Of a DNA stretch of 32,797 nucleotides, positions 17,451 through 25,731 are shown in pieces. The translations under genes were made by a program, and so were the position numbers. The DNA lies in contig CAYLXZ010000006.1 in assembly GCA_964388265.1 (NCBI GenBank), positions 1 to 32,797 of the forward strand. Direction: 5' to 3'. The notes beneath the pieces were generated by a model. That model had not been told where the DNA came from. It ran no database searches and worked only from the letters and a program-made list of their open reading frames with translations. The stretch comes from Candidatus Micrarchaeota archaeon. GTDB lineage: Archaea > B1Sed10-29. How positions within the stretch are numbered: position 1 is the first letter of the stretch; every line of letters starts with the position of its first letter.

Positions 17451-18683
17451 ATGACCTATAAAAACAACCCAACAAAATTCAAAGATAAATACGATGTGAT
17501 AGTGGTAGGAGCAGGTCCAGGCGGATCAATAGCAGCAAGAGACTGCGCAGAGAAAGGACTAGACACTCTAGTAATCGAGAAAAGACAAGAACTAGGAACA
17601 CCAGTAAGATGTGGAGAAGGCCTAGGAGAAGCCTGGATGGAAAAAGCAAACATAGAATACGATCCAACCTGGTGCATAAGAGAAACAACAGGAGCAATAG
17701 TGTTCCCACCAAACGAAAAACAACTAAAAGTAGATCCAGTTAACAACGGATACATAGTAGAAAGAAAGATATTCGAAAAAAGACTAGCAGAACAAGCAGG
17801 AAGAAAAGGAGCCGAATACCTACTTAAAACCAGAGTAACAGACGTCATAAAAAATAACGGAAAAGTAGAAGGAGTTAAAGTCAAAACAGACAGAGGAAAA
17901 ACAAAGAAATTCAAGGCAAACATAGTTATCGCCGCAGACGGTGTAGAATCACCCACAGCAAAACTAGCAGGAATAAACACATCCAACCAACTGAAAGACA
18001 TGGATTCAGGCTACGAATACGAAATGGCCAACCTTAGCTTCGATTCAGAAGACACAAGATACATAAACATATGGATGGGAAACGACATAGCCCCAGGAGG
18101 ATACATCTGGGCATTCTTCAAAGACGAAGACGTAGCCAACGTAGGAATAGGGATAAATCCAACCCAAAACGACACAGATAAAACAGCTAAAGAATTCCTG
18201 GACGAATGGATAGAGAACCATCCAGAGTACTTCGAAGATGCAGTAATCACAGAGAAGAAAGGAGGAGCAATACCTCTAGGAGAACCACTCGACGAACCCT
18301 ACACAGATGGATTAATGATCGTAGGAGACGCAGCTCACATGGTGAACCCCATCCACGGAGGAGGAATGGGACTAGCAATGGAAGCAGCAAGAATAGCAGC
18401 AGAAGTAGCAAAAGAATCAATAGAAGAAGAAAACTACAGTGAAGAATTCCTATCCAGATACGGTGAAAGATGGTGGGAACAAAGAGGAAACCACCTAATG
18501 AAAGTCCAGAAAGTCCGAAAATTCGCAGAATCACTCACAGACAAAGATCTAAACAAACTAAGAGAAATACTGGACGAAGACCAACTTCTAGAACTAACAG
18601 AAGCAAGTAAATTCAAACAATTCCTCAAATTATTCAAAGGAAGCCCAAAGATAGCTATGAAGGCAACAAAAGCCTTTACCTAA
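17451..18683 (+). CDS. Digeranylgeranylglycerophospholipid reductase (geranylgeranyl reductase family)
   Basis: YDVIVVGAGPGGS, PVRCGEG, IAADGVES, APGGYIWAF.K, ANVGIG and VGDAA..VNPIHGGG. Lies directly downstream of the ferredoxin. Confidence 0.88.
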   Translation: MTYKNNPTKFKDKYDVIVVGAGPGGSIAARDCAEKGLDTLVIEKRQELGTPVRCGEGLGEAWMEKANIEYDPTWCIRETTGAIVFPPNEKQLKVDPVNNGYIVERKIFEKRLAEQAGRKGAEYLLKTRVTDVIKNNGKVEGVKVKTDRGKTKKFKANIVIAADGVESPTAKLAGINTSNQLKDMDSGYEYEMANLSFDSEDTRYINIWMGNDIAPGGYIWAFFKDEDVANVGIGINPTQNDTDKTAKEFLDEWIENHPEYFEDAVITEKKGGAIPLGEPLDEPYTDGLMIVGDAAHMVNPIHGGGMGLAMEAARIAAEVAKESIEEENYSEEFLSRYGERWWEQRGNHLMKVQKVRKFAESLTDKDLNKLREILDEDQLLELTEASKFKQFLKLFKGSPKIAMKATKAFT

Positions 18684-18716
18684 ACCTTTTATGAAGACAC
18701 TTCCTAGAAGTAGACA

Positions 18717-19661
18717 ATGAAATCACAAACCCTAGAAAAGGCAAGAACCTACCTGGAAAAATCCCCACAGGGAACATTCACACTTCTAACAGTATCTTTA
18801 ATAGGATTAACTTACCTTTTCCTGTCCTACAATTATCTCTACATCCCTAACGAAAAACTATTATCCTACGGGTTTGAACTATCCAACCCACTGGGAGCAA
18901 TAACCTATTCATTCCTCCACCTAAGCCCCCAGCACATAATAGCGAACGTAGCTCTCCTTCTAGCAGTAGGGATAATAGCTGAAAAGAAACTCAACTTCAA
19001 AGACTACTTCACCATATTCTTCACCTCAGCAATAACAGCAGGAGTAGCCTTCCAGCTATTAACACCAACACCTACTGTACTCGTCGGAGCATCCTCAGCC
19101 GTATCAGGAATACTCGCAGTAGCAGTATTCGTGGACTTCAAGAAAACCATCCCAGCAATACTAATCTTCGGACTATTCCTAAGCATCGTATCCCCAGCAG
19201 TAACTACCTACACAGAAAAACAGCTAGGGTTACTGGAAAATGAAACAACTGAACTAGGAAAACAATATAATAAAACAAAAGAAAAAATAGAAGAGTCTCA
19301 ACAACAGTTAGAGAACCTTACAATCATGATATCCAGATTAAAAGAAGAATGTCTAATCAAAGAAAACGAAACAGCATGCGTAAAATGGAAAGAACTAAAT
19401 AAAACTCTGAAAGAAAAAGAAGAAAAAGAAGAAGAACTACAAGAAAAAGAGAACGAAACCGTGAAGGACCTGAACAAAACCATGACGGACCAGATGAAAC
19501 TAGAACAAGGAATAAAAAGAGAAGAAAGAGCAAAAACAAGCGCTATAGTACATCTAATAGGAGCCTTCACAGGCATAGGATACCTCTGCATATTCAGGAG
19601 AGATATATTATGGAGTCTACCCTCTCAAGCCTCACAATTAGAAAACTACTTCCAGAAATAA
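18717..19661 (+). CDS. Rhomboid-family intramembrane serine protease with a large coiled-coil insertion
   Basis: FLH....HI..N, VGASSA (Ser126), AIVHLIG (His279) and six hydrophobic segments. Confidence 0.82.
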   Translation: MKSQTLEKARTYLEKSPQGTFTLLTVSLIGLTYLFLSYNYLYIPNEKLLSYGFELSNPLGAITYSFLHLSPQHIIANVALLLAVGIIAEKKLNFKDYFTIFFTSAITAGVAFQLLTPTPTVLVGASSAVSGILAVAVFVDFKKTIPAILIFGLFLSIVSPAVTTYTEKQLGLLENETTELGKQYNKTKEKIEESQQQLENLTIMISRLKEECLIKENETACVKWKELNKTLKEKEEKEEELQEKENETVKDLNKTMTDQMKLEQGIKREERAKTSAIVHLIGAFTGIGYLCIFRRDILWSLPSQASQLENYFQK

Positions 19662-20641
19662 AGGAAGAGACCGAAGGAAAATACCTAGGGAAAGCACAGC
19701 AACTTGACAACAACACCTACAGATTCAGATTCAGCCCAGGATCAATCGACCTAATCATAGAAATAGGAAAAAGACTAAATATAACAGACTACAGACTAAA
19801 AGCTCCAAAAAAAGCAACACAGCCATCAATGATACTCAGAAAACACCTGAGCAACTCAAAACTAGAAAAGATAGAACAAGTCGGCTTTGATAGAATAGTG
19901 GAAATGACATTCACAAACGGTAAAAAGATAATTATAGAGCTATTTGCAGAAGGAAACCTCATACTCACGGACGACAAGGATAAAATCATATTCACACACA
20001 GGACCAAGGAATGGAGAGATAGAGAAATAAGAAAAGGAGAAAAATACACCTATCCACCATCTCAACTAAAAAACCCCTTCAAAGTAGACCAAGAACAATT
20101 CAAAGAAGCTCTATCAGGAAAAAGCATCGTAGCCAGCATAGCAACCAACCTAGGGCTAGGAGGAGACATAGCCGAAGAAATATGCAGAAAAGCAGAAATA
20201 GACAAAAATAAAACTAATGAACAATTAAACGAGAAAGAACTAGAGAAACTATACAGAAGCATGGAAGATCTTTTAAAGAAAGATAGAAATCCTGTAAAGC
20301 AAGATGGAAAGATAAGGCCCTTCCCAATATCTGGAGAAGTACAGGAAAGATACGATTCACTGAACACAGCCATAGACGAGAACTACAAAGGAAAAACCGA
20401 ATCAGAGAAAGAACCGGAAGATCTGATAAAACTCAAGAAGAGACTGGAAAGCCAGAAAGAATCAATCAAAGAATTCAAAGACAAGATAGATAAGTACAAG
20501 AAGAAAGGAGACGCAATCTACAAGAATTACAGTAAAGTAGGTAAGGCAATACAGCTATACAAAGAAGGAAAGACAGATAAACTAAAAGAAGAACTAGATG
20601 CGGAGATAAAAAACAGAAAAATAAAACTAGATTTAAACTAA
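19610..20641 (+). CDS. Rqc2/RqcH (NFACT-N, FbpA-like) homologue, short form
   Basis: LSSL.I, M.LRKHL, IEQ..FDRIV, IIELFAEGNLIL.D, R.IR.G..Y..PP and HhH-like LG...AEEIC. No NFACT-R domain is evident. Confidence 0.82.
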   Translation: MESTLSSLTIRKLLPEIKEETEGKYLGKAQQLDNNTYRFRFSPGSIDLIIEIGKRLNITDYRLKAPKKATQPSMILRKHLSNSKLEKIEQVGFDRIVEMTFTNGKKIIIELFAEGNLILTDDKDKIIFTHRTKEWRDREIRKGEKYTYPPSQLKNPFKVDQEQFKEALSGKSIVASIATNLGLGGDIAEEICRKAEIDKNKTNEQLNEKELEKLYRSMEDLLKKDRNPVKQDGKIRPFPISGEVQERYDSLNTAIDENYKGKTESEKEPEDLIKLKKRLESQKESIKEFKDKIDKYKKKGDAIYKNYSKVGKAIQLYKEGKTDKLKEELDAEIKNRKIKLDLN

Positions 20642-20893
20642 CATAGTTTCATCCACGACAACTACGTCAGACACTGAGAAAACAGCTTTAAACGGTATTC
20701 TCGCCATATTATCGGCACCTGTTAAATCTTTTGCTATTCTAGAGCTTTTATTGGCTTCTATCACCATTGACTCTAGATCTCCGCTTTTTTCATCTATTTC
20801 GACATCGCTCAGTCTGCCGATTTCTTCTCCTTTGTTCGTAATAACTCTCATCCCGCCAAGCTGTTTTGCTATGACGTATTTTTTTGAAGCCAT
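20633..20893 (-). CDS. PRC-barrel domain protein (CdpB-like)
   Basis: L.G..VIT..G..IG.L.DV.ID..SG....V...IPF.AV..V.DVVVV, with GGAGG upstream. Confidence 0.85.
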   Translation of the reverse strand: MASKKYVIAKQLGGMRVITNKGEEIGRLSDVEIDEKSGDLESMVIEANKSSRIAKDLTGADNMARIPFKAVFSVSDVVVVDETMLV

Positions 20894-21046
20894 GTTTATA
20901 TCCTCCTTTTAAATATTATTTCTTGGTTTTTCTCTGTTAATAGTAAAGAAACATATATTTAAAAAGGTTTCCCTGGTTCGAATTAACTCTAATTAACCCA
21001 ACATATTCTGGAAAAAACCAAAAAGACCCATCCCCAGAATACCAAC

Positions 21047-24000
21047 ATGCCGGCATTAACCATCACAGCAACAGGGGGAGCAGCCCTAACAGCGATACAA
21101 GCAATATCAGCAATTAACCTACTTACAGTAAGTTTTCCTGGATTAAATTTCCTATCGAACGGAGCACCTACCTCTAACTCCATCTCAAACATAGTAGAAA
21201 AAACAAACCAACTAGAAACACCTTCTCATCTTCATTCCTATCTTCAGAAAAACCAGATAAACCAACCAATAGATAAAAAACTAGAGAAATCTATCCTAAA
21301 CGCTGAGAAAGCCAAAAAACACGCTGAAGAAACCCTGGAAGAATATAGATTAATCTTCACAGTAACAGGAATAAATCTAAAAGCTCTCTCAAGAACCATG
21401 AAAAACAAACGAAAAACAGAGAAACATTACAATCTAGCTATGAAGAACACAAAATCTATGTATAAAGAAATAACAAAAGACCTGCTCGAAGAACACCAAA
21501 AACTGAGCTTCCTAGGAGCAGACACCAACTACACAGGCCCCATAACCCAGATCCATGAAAAAACCAAAGAAATAATAAAAAACCTAAACAGAGAAAAATG
21601 CGGAGACGAAAAAGACATCTCAACCACAGTAGGATGCCTGACAAAAGATATAAACACCTACAGAAACACAACAGGCGAATTCACACCTTCACTCTACAAC
21701 AAGATAACACAAACTCTGATTCCCAAATACTCCGAACTAAAGAAACAGATCAATAAAAAGACAGATAACCTCAAACAAGAATACAGAGAAACCGAGAAAC
21801 TACAAAAAAGAAATATAAACAAAGCAAACGAGAAACTACATGAACTCGAAGCACAGAAAACAACTTTAATCAACTGGAACCCAGGATCAACCCAAAAAAA
21901 CCAAATAGAAACCAGCATAGCAGGAACACCAAGACAACAGCTACTGAAAATAAAAGAAAACCAAGAAGAATCCAGATTCCTGGCTGAAAAAGCAGAAAAC
22001 ATAAAGAAATCAAAGAAAGAAAACTACCTAGTTCAATCAGTTAAAAAATACAAGAAATCGCTAAGTAAAGCCGAAATTACCTATAAAGAATCAAAAAACC
22101 TCTTAAAAAGACTTCGAAACATAGAGAAATCATACAAAGATAAAATAAAGAAATTAAGAAGCCAACTGAAACAGACTCTAACCAGCAGATACTGGGAAAG
22201 GATAGAAACCAGATACAAAAAATCTCTACAGCAATCCACCTATGGTGAAAGAATAAAATCGTTGAAAAACACCTATCAATACATCAAATCAATCAAGAAC
22301 GCCGAAGATAAAGAGATAATACCGATAAAGAACAAGATACAGAACCTACTAAAGAGAATTCAGAAGTACCAGGACCTTGGATACGACTTTGAAGACAAAA
22401 TAAAGAAATTAAAACACCTTCAGAAAGTGAAAGACCCTGAGATGATTCCAAGAACCTATGAAGTATACAATGAAATAAAGAGATTAGTTGAAAAAAGACT
22501 CACGCCACTAAGACAAAAAATAGAAAGAAAAAGACAAGAATCATCCCAATACCTCAAATCAGCAGAAGAACTACGGAAGACACCATCAACCCAAGAAAGC
22601 ATCAACACACAGCTACTGAAGAAACTAAAACAAGAACACAGAGAAACAAGAAATAAACCACCTCTCAAACAACCAAAACAAACGCTCAAAACCTACAATA
22701 AGATAATAAACCAGATACACACCTCCATAAAACAACTAAAATCCAAATTACTCTCCAAAAACACCCAAATAAAAACCAAAACAGAGAAAACAGTATCTTG
22801 TAACCAGCAAATAAAAAGAGAACTAACTCTAACAACCAAGAACCCTCTCCAAGTTCCTTTATACGATACAAAAATAACAAAAACAATAAAGAAACCAGAA
22901 GAAGAAATCAACTTCTACATACCAGTACTAGAACCAGGTCAAATCACCCAAAGAACCACCACTACAACCATAACTCCATACAGATGTAATTTAATCTCAG
23001 AAAGCGATATACAAGCTACAGAGAACTGGATAACCAAGATGAAGAAGATAAAGATTGAAAGAAACGTAGAGTCCACAGAGGTCTTCATCACCCAATACAT
23101 ACCAAAAAACGCCGAGATAATACACCTAGAAAAAAGTAAAAGAACAAAAAAAGGACGAATAAAGCTAAATATAAACTCAGAACAAGAAAACATAACAATA
23201 ACCTATAAAAAACCACCAAAACTAGATATAGAAGGACATAAAGAAATAAATCCAAGTAAAAGAACTCAATACATCATTAATATAATTAATAACGGAGATA
23301 AGATCTCAAACTTTACACTAACCCGGAGCATAGACCCAATAGGAAAAATTGAAAGCAACTACCCAATTGAAGAATCAGAAAACCACGTTAAGATAACAAT
23401 ACCTGAACTAGGTGCACGAGAAAAAATCAAGATGACATACAAGCCAAAGAGCCTGAAAAAAGAAGCTAAAAAAAATTTAATGAGATTAAACCAACTTAAC
23501 TACACCAAAGATGCCTCAAAGCACCTTATGAGTAGATTAAAAGAAATAAGAAGATTATATAGAGATCAGGAATACAGGGAAGTTATTGAAAAGTCACCTA
23601 ATTTGATCAATGAATTTCGGTCTCTACCTAGCAAATCCAAAGACAACTACACCAAGGATACGGATACTAGGAATGAATCAAATAAAACAGTTCCTAAGTC
23701 CGAAGAAAATGAATTAACAACTATAACCCAAAGAACCTCTAACCTCTGCGAGCTAATAGAATGTAGAGACCTAAAAATGAAATTGGAAGAACTTAAATCC
23801 ACTGAAACTCCACAAGAGAAAAAAATAACCAAGTTAAAAACCCGGTTGAACAATCTTGAGGAAGAGGCTATGAAAAAAGTGAAAAAGAACAAAACCAAGA
23901 TCAAAGAAACATTTAAACTTCTTGAAAAAGCATTCAAAACCGCAGATCAATTTACAACTGAAAACAAAGAGATACCATACACTCAAGAAGATCTAAAATC

Positions 24001-24475
24001 TCTTCAAGAAAGAAAAAAATCTCTTAACAAAAAAGAATTAGTTTTTGGAATAGCTGAACCTTCTTTCACACAACTAGTTGAAGAACACGGTACTGAAAAG
24101 ATAAAAAGAAAGATAGAAAAGAGAAAAGATCTTATAGAAGACGCTGAAGACATGTTATCTAATATTAAAGAATCTTCTATCTTAAGGCTGGAAAGAGCAA
24201 GAAAAATATTCTCTAAAAATAAAAATGAAGTAACCAGAAAATACCTAGAAAAAGCCAAGAACTATCATGAGGAAGGAGAGTACCTTAACTCAATGCTATC
24301 TTCTCATAAAGTAATTCAATTCACTCAAGGGAACTCAGGAAATTCTCTTCCACTAAAATACATAGCTGCAGGCATCATAATCTCCGGAACAACTCTTTAT
24401 ATACTAAAGAAACCGGGAAATGATGAAGAAGACGGTATAGAAGATGTTAAGATGAAATTAAAAAGAGGAAAGTAA
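21047..24475 (+). CDS. Large predicted membrane-anchored protein (helical/coiled-coil, Ig-like, helical, C-terminal TM)
   Basis: 1142 aa with an apolar N-terminus, a central beta-rich region containing IPVLEPGQ and IPELGARE, and C-terminal YIAAGIIISGTTLYIL-KK. Confidence 0.75.
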   Translation: MPALTITATGGAALTAIQAISAINLLTVSFPGLNFLSNGAPTSNSISNIVEKTNQLETPSHLHSYLQKNQINQPIDKKLEKSILNAEKAKKHAEETLEEYRLIFTVTGINLKALSRTMKNKRKTEKHYNLAMKNTKSMYKEITKDLLEEHQKLSFLGADTNYTGPITQIHEKTKEIIKNLNREKCGDEKDISTTVGCLTKDINTYRNTTGEFTPSLYNKITQTLIPKYSELKKQINKKTDNLKQEYRETEKLQKRNINKANEKLHELEAQKTTLINWNPGSTQKNQIETSIAGTPRQQLLKIKENQEESRFLAEKAENIKKSKKENYLVQSVKKYKKSLSKAEITYKESKNLLKRLRNIEKSYKDKIKKLRSQLKQTLTSRYWERIETRYKKSLQQSTYGERIKSLKNTYQYIKSIKNAEDKEIIPIKNKIQNLLKRIQKYQDLGYDFEDKIKKLKHLQKVKDPEMIPRTYEVYNEIKRLVEKRLTPLRQKIERKRQESSQYLKSAEELRKTPSTQESINTQLLKKLKQEHRETRNKPPLKQPKQTLKTYNKIINQIHTSIKQLKSKLLSKNTQIKTKTEKTVSCNQQIKRELTLTTKNPLQVPLYDTKITKTIKKPEEEINFYIPVLEPGQITQRTTTTTITPYRCNLISESDIQATENWITKMKKIKIERNVESTEVFITQYIPKNAEIIHLEKSKRTKKGRIKLNINSEQENITITYKKPPKLDIEGHKEINPSKRTQYIINIINNGDKISNFTLTRSIDPIGKIESNYPIEESENHVKITIPELGAREKIKMTYKPKSLKKEAKKNLMRLNQLNYTKDASKHLMSRLKEIRRLYRDQEYREVIEKSPNLINEFRSLPSKSKDNYTKDTDTRNESNKTVPKSEENELTTITQRTSNLCELIECRDLKMKLEELKSTETPQEKKITKLKTRLNNLEEEAMKKVKKNKTKIKETFKLLEKAFKTADQFTTENKEIPYTQEDLKSLQERKKSLNKKELVFGIAEPSFTQLVEEHGTEKIKRKIEKRKDLIEDAEDMLSNIKESSILRLERARKIFSKNKNEVTRKYLEKAKNYHEEGEYLNSMLSSHKVIQFTQGNSGNSLPLKYIAAGIIISGTTLYILKKPGNDEEDGIEDVKMKLKRGK

Positions 24476-24994
24476 CTGGTCAGAGAAATCAATATCTTTA
24501 TCACCTTCATTTTCTTCTCTTATGATCTTTAAGCACTCTTTAACCGTTTCTTCAATATCTCTATCTGTTGTTTCTACTTCAAATACTTCACTGTAGTTTT
24601 CCCTGGCTCTCTGAGTACAGTAGTCTATTTTCTCGGCCTCTAAATTCTCTTTCACTTTTTCTTCTGGATAATCTCTATCTTCTATCCTTTCTTTAAGTGA
24701 TTCAGGGTTACATCTCAACACTATGACAATTGAATCAGGTAAATTGAACTCACATAATAAATGACTCTCTATTATTCCTTTAAAATCCGTTAAAATCTCT
24801 TGGAGTTTTCCCAAGTCCACTTCTTTAGATTCCTTTTCCTTATCTATACCCTTGGAAACGCCTTGTGATTCAACAAAATCTGAATCCACGTGTAGAACGT
24901 TTAAACCTGTTTTGGAACCTAGTTTAGATGCTACTGTGGACTTACCTACCCCTGGTGTGCCAGTGATTATTATTTTCTCTTTATCGAGATTCAT
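24458..24994 (-). CDS. Adenylate kinase AK6/Fap7 family
   Basis: IIITGTPGVGKST, IIESH, VLRC.P..L..R and RDY.EEKV.EN.EAE. Confidence 0.9.
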   Translation of the reverse strand: MNLDKEKIIITGTPGVGKSTVASKLGSKTGLNVLHVDSDFVESQGVSKGIDKEKESKEVDLGKLQEILTDFKGIIESHLLCEFNLPDSIVIVLRCNPESLKERIEDRDYPEEKVKENLEAEKIDYCTQRARENYSEVFEVETTDRDIEETVKECLKIIREENEGDKDIDFSDQLLSSF

Positions 24995-25062
24995 CTTTTC
25001 ATCTATCTATATTGAGCGAGGATATTTAAAGTATGTTTTCGTTAAAAAAGTGGTGAATATTA

Positions 25063-25200
25063 ATGTCAGAATTCAAACGAACATGCCAACAATGCTTCCA
25101 GGAAGACGGGTTAACCATCCCTCTTGTTAAAGAGAACGGAGACTGGGAATGCCCGAGAAACCCTGAACACAAGACCAAAAATAATATAATCATAGCTTAA
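25063..25200 (+). CDS. 45-aa putative Zn-ribbon microprotein, CxxC-x18-C-x5-H (not in the ORF track)
   Basis: MSEFKRTCQQCFQEDGLTIPLVKENGDWECPRNPEHKTKNNIIIA*. SD GGTGA at 25052-25056 and TATTTAAA at 25023-25030. The stop is 8 nt before the next gene. Confidence 0.72.
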   Translation: MSEFKRTCQQCFQEDGLTIPLVKENGDWECPRNPEHKTKNNIIIA

Positions 25201-25208
25201 GGTTAAAA

Positions 25209-25721
25209 ATGTTCGGTAAAACTCTCTCAAGAAAGGAAAGAGAAGAATTTATGAACATAGCGATGGCTGGAAGGACAAGTGTAGAGGAAAGCGAGAAAGG
25301 AAGAGTTTTATACACATTGAAAAAAGGACAGGTTACTAAACAGGATCTCCAGGATCTTTTCCCAGAGGAATACAGAGATATAAAGAACCTTAAGAAAAAA
25401 GAAAGCGGGTTTCTAGGGTTATTTGATAAGACAAACTACATCCATAAATACTTCTTCACCATCCATAATGATAAATACGACTGTAAAGTAAGACCAGGTA
25501 AAATCATTGGATTTAAAGCCGAGAGAAAGAATGAAGATAACAAGATGAAGGCTAATGTTGAATATCCTGATGGTGAAGTGGAAGAGAAGGCTATGGAGAT
25601 ATTCCCAGGCGTTACACTAACTGACCTTAACCTCAATACTTATGTATTGGTTCATAGAGGAACAGTTTGCCAGGAAATAACTGAAAAGCAGTACAATAAC
25701 ATCCTTGAAAACTATCTTTAG
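25209..25721 (+). CDS. Hypothetical protein with C-terminal HypC/HupF-like domain
   Basis: From Cys92 it reads CKVRPGKI...ANVEY.DG...YVLVHRG...EITE....ILE, which parallels HypC C...PGKI...A.VD.GG...YVLVH.G...I.EEEA...LE. Confidence 0.6.
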   Translation: MFGKTLSRKEREEFMNIAMAGRTSVEESEKGRVLYTLKKGQVTKQDLQDLFPEEYRDIKNLKKKESGFLGLFDKTNYIHKYFFTIHNDKYDCKVRPGKIIGFKAERKNEDNKMKANVEYPDGEVEEKAMEIFPGVTLTDLNLNTYVLVHRGTVCQEITEKQYNNILENYL

Positions 25722-25731
25722 ATTTAATTCT

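Noticed and set aside
24852..25130. 92-aa plus-strand ORF
   Set aside because: It is mostly antisense to AK6, and the 45-aa Cys/His ORF at 25063 in another frame has the SD and TATA support.
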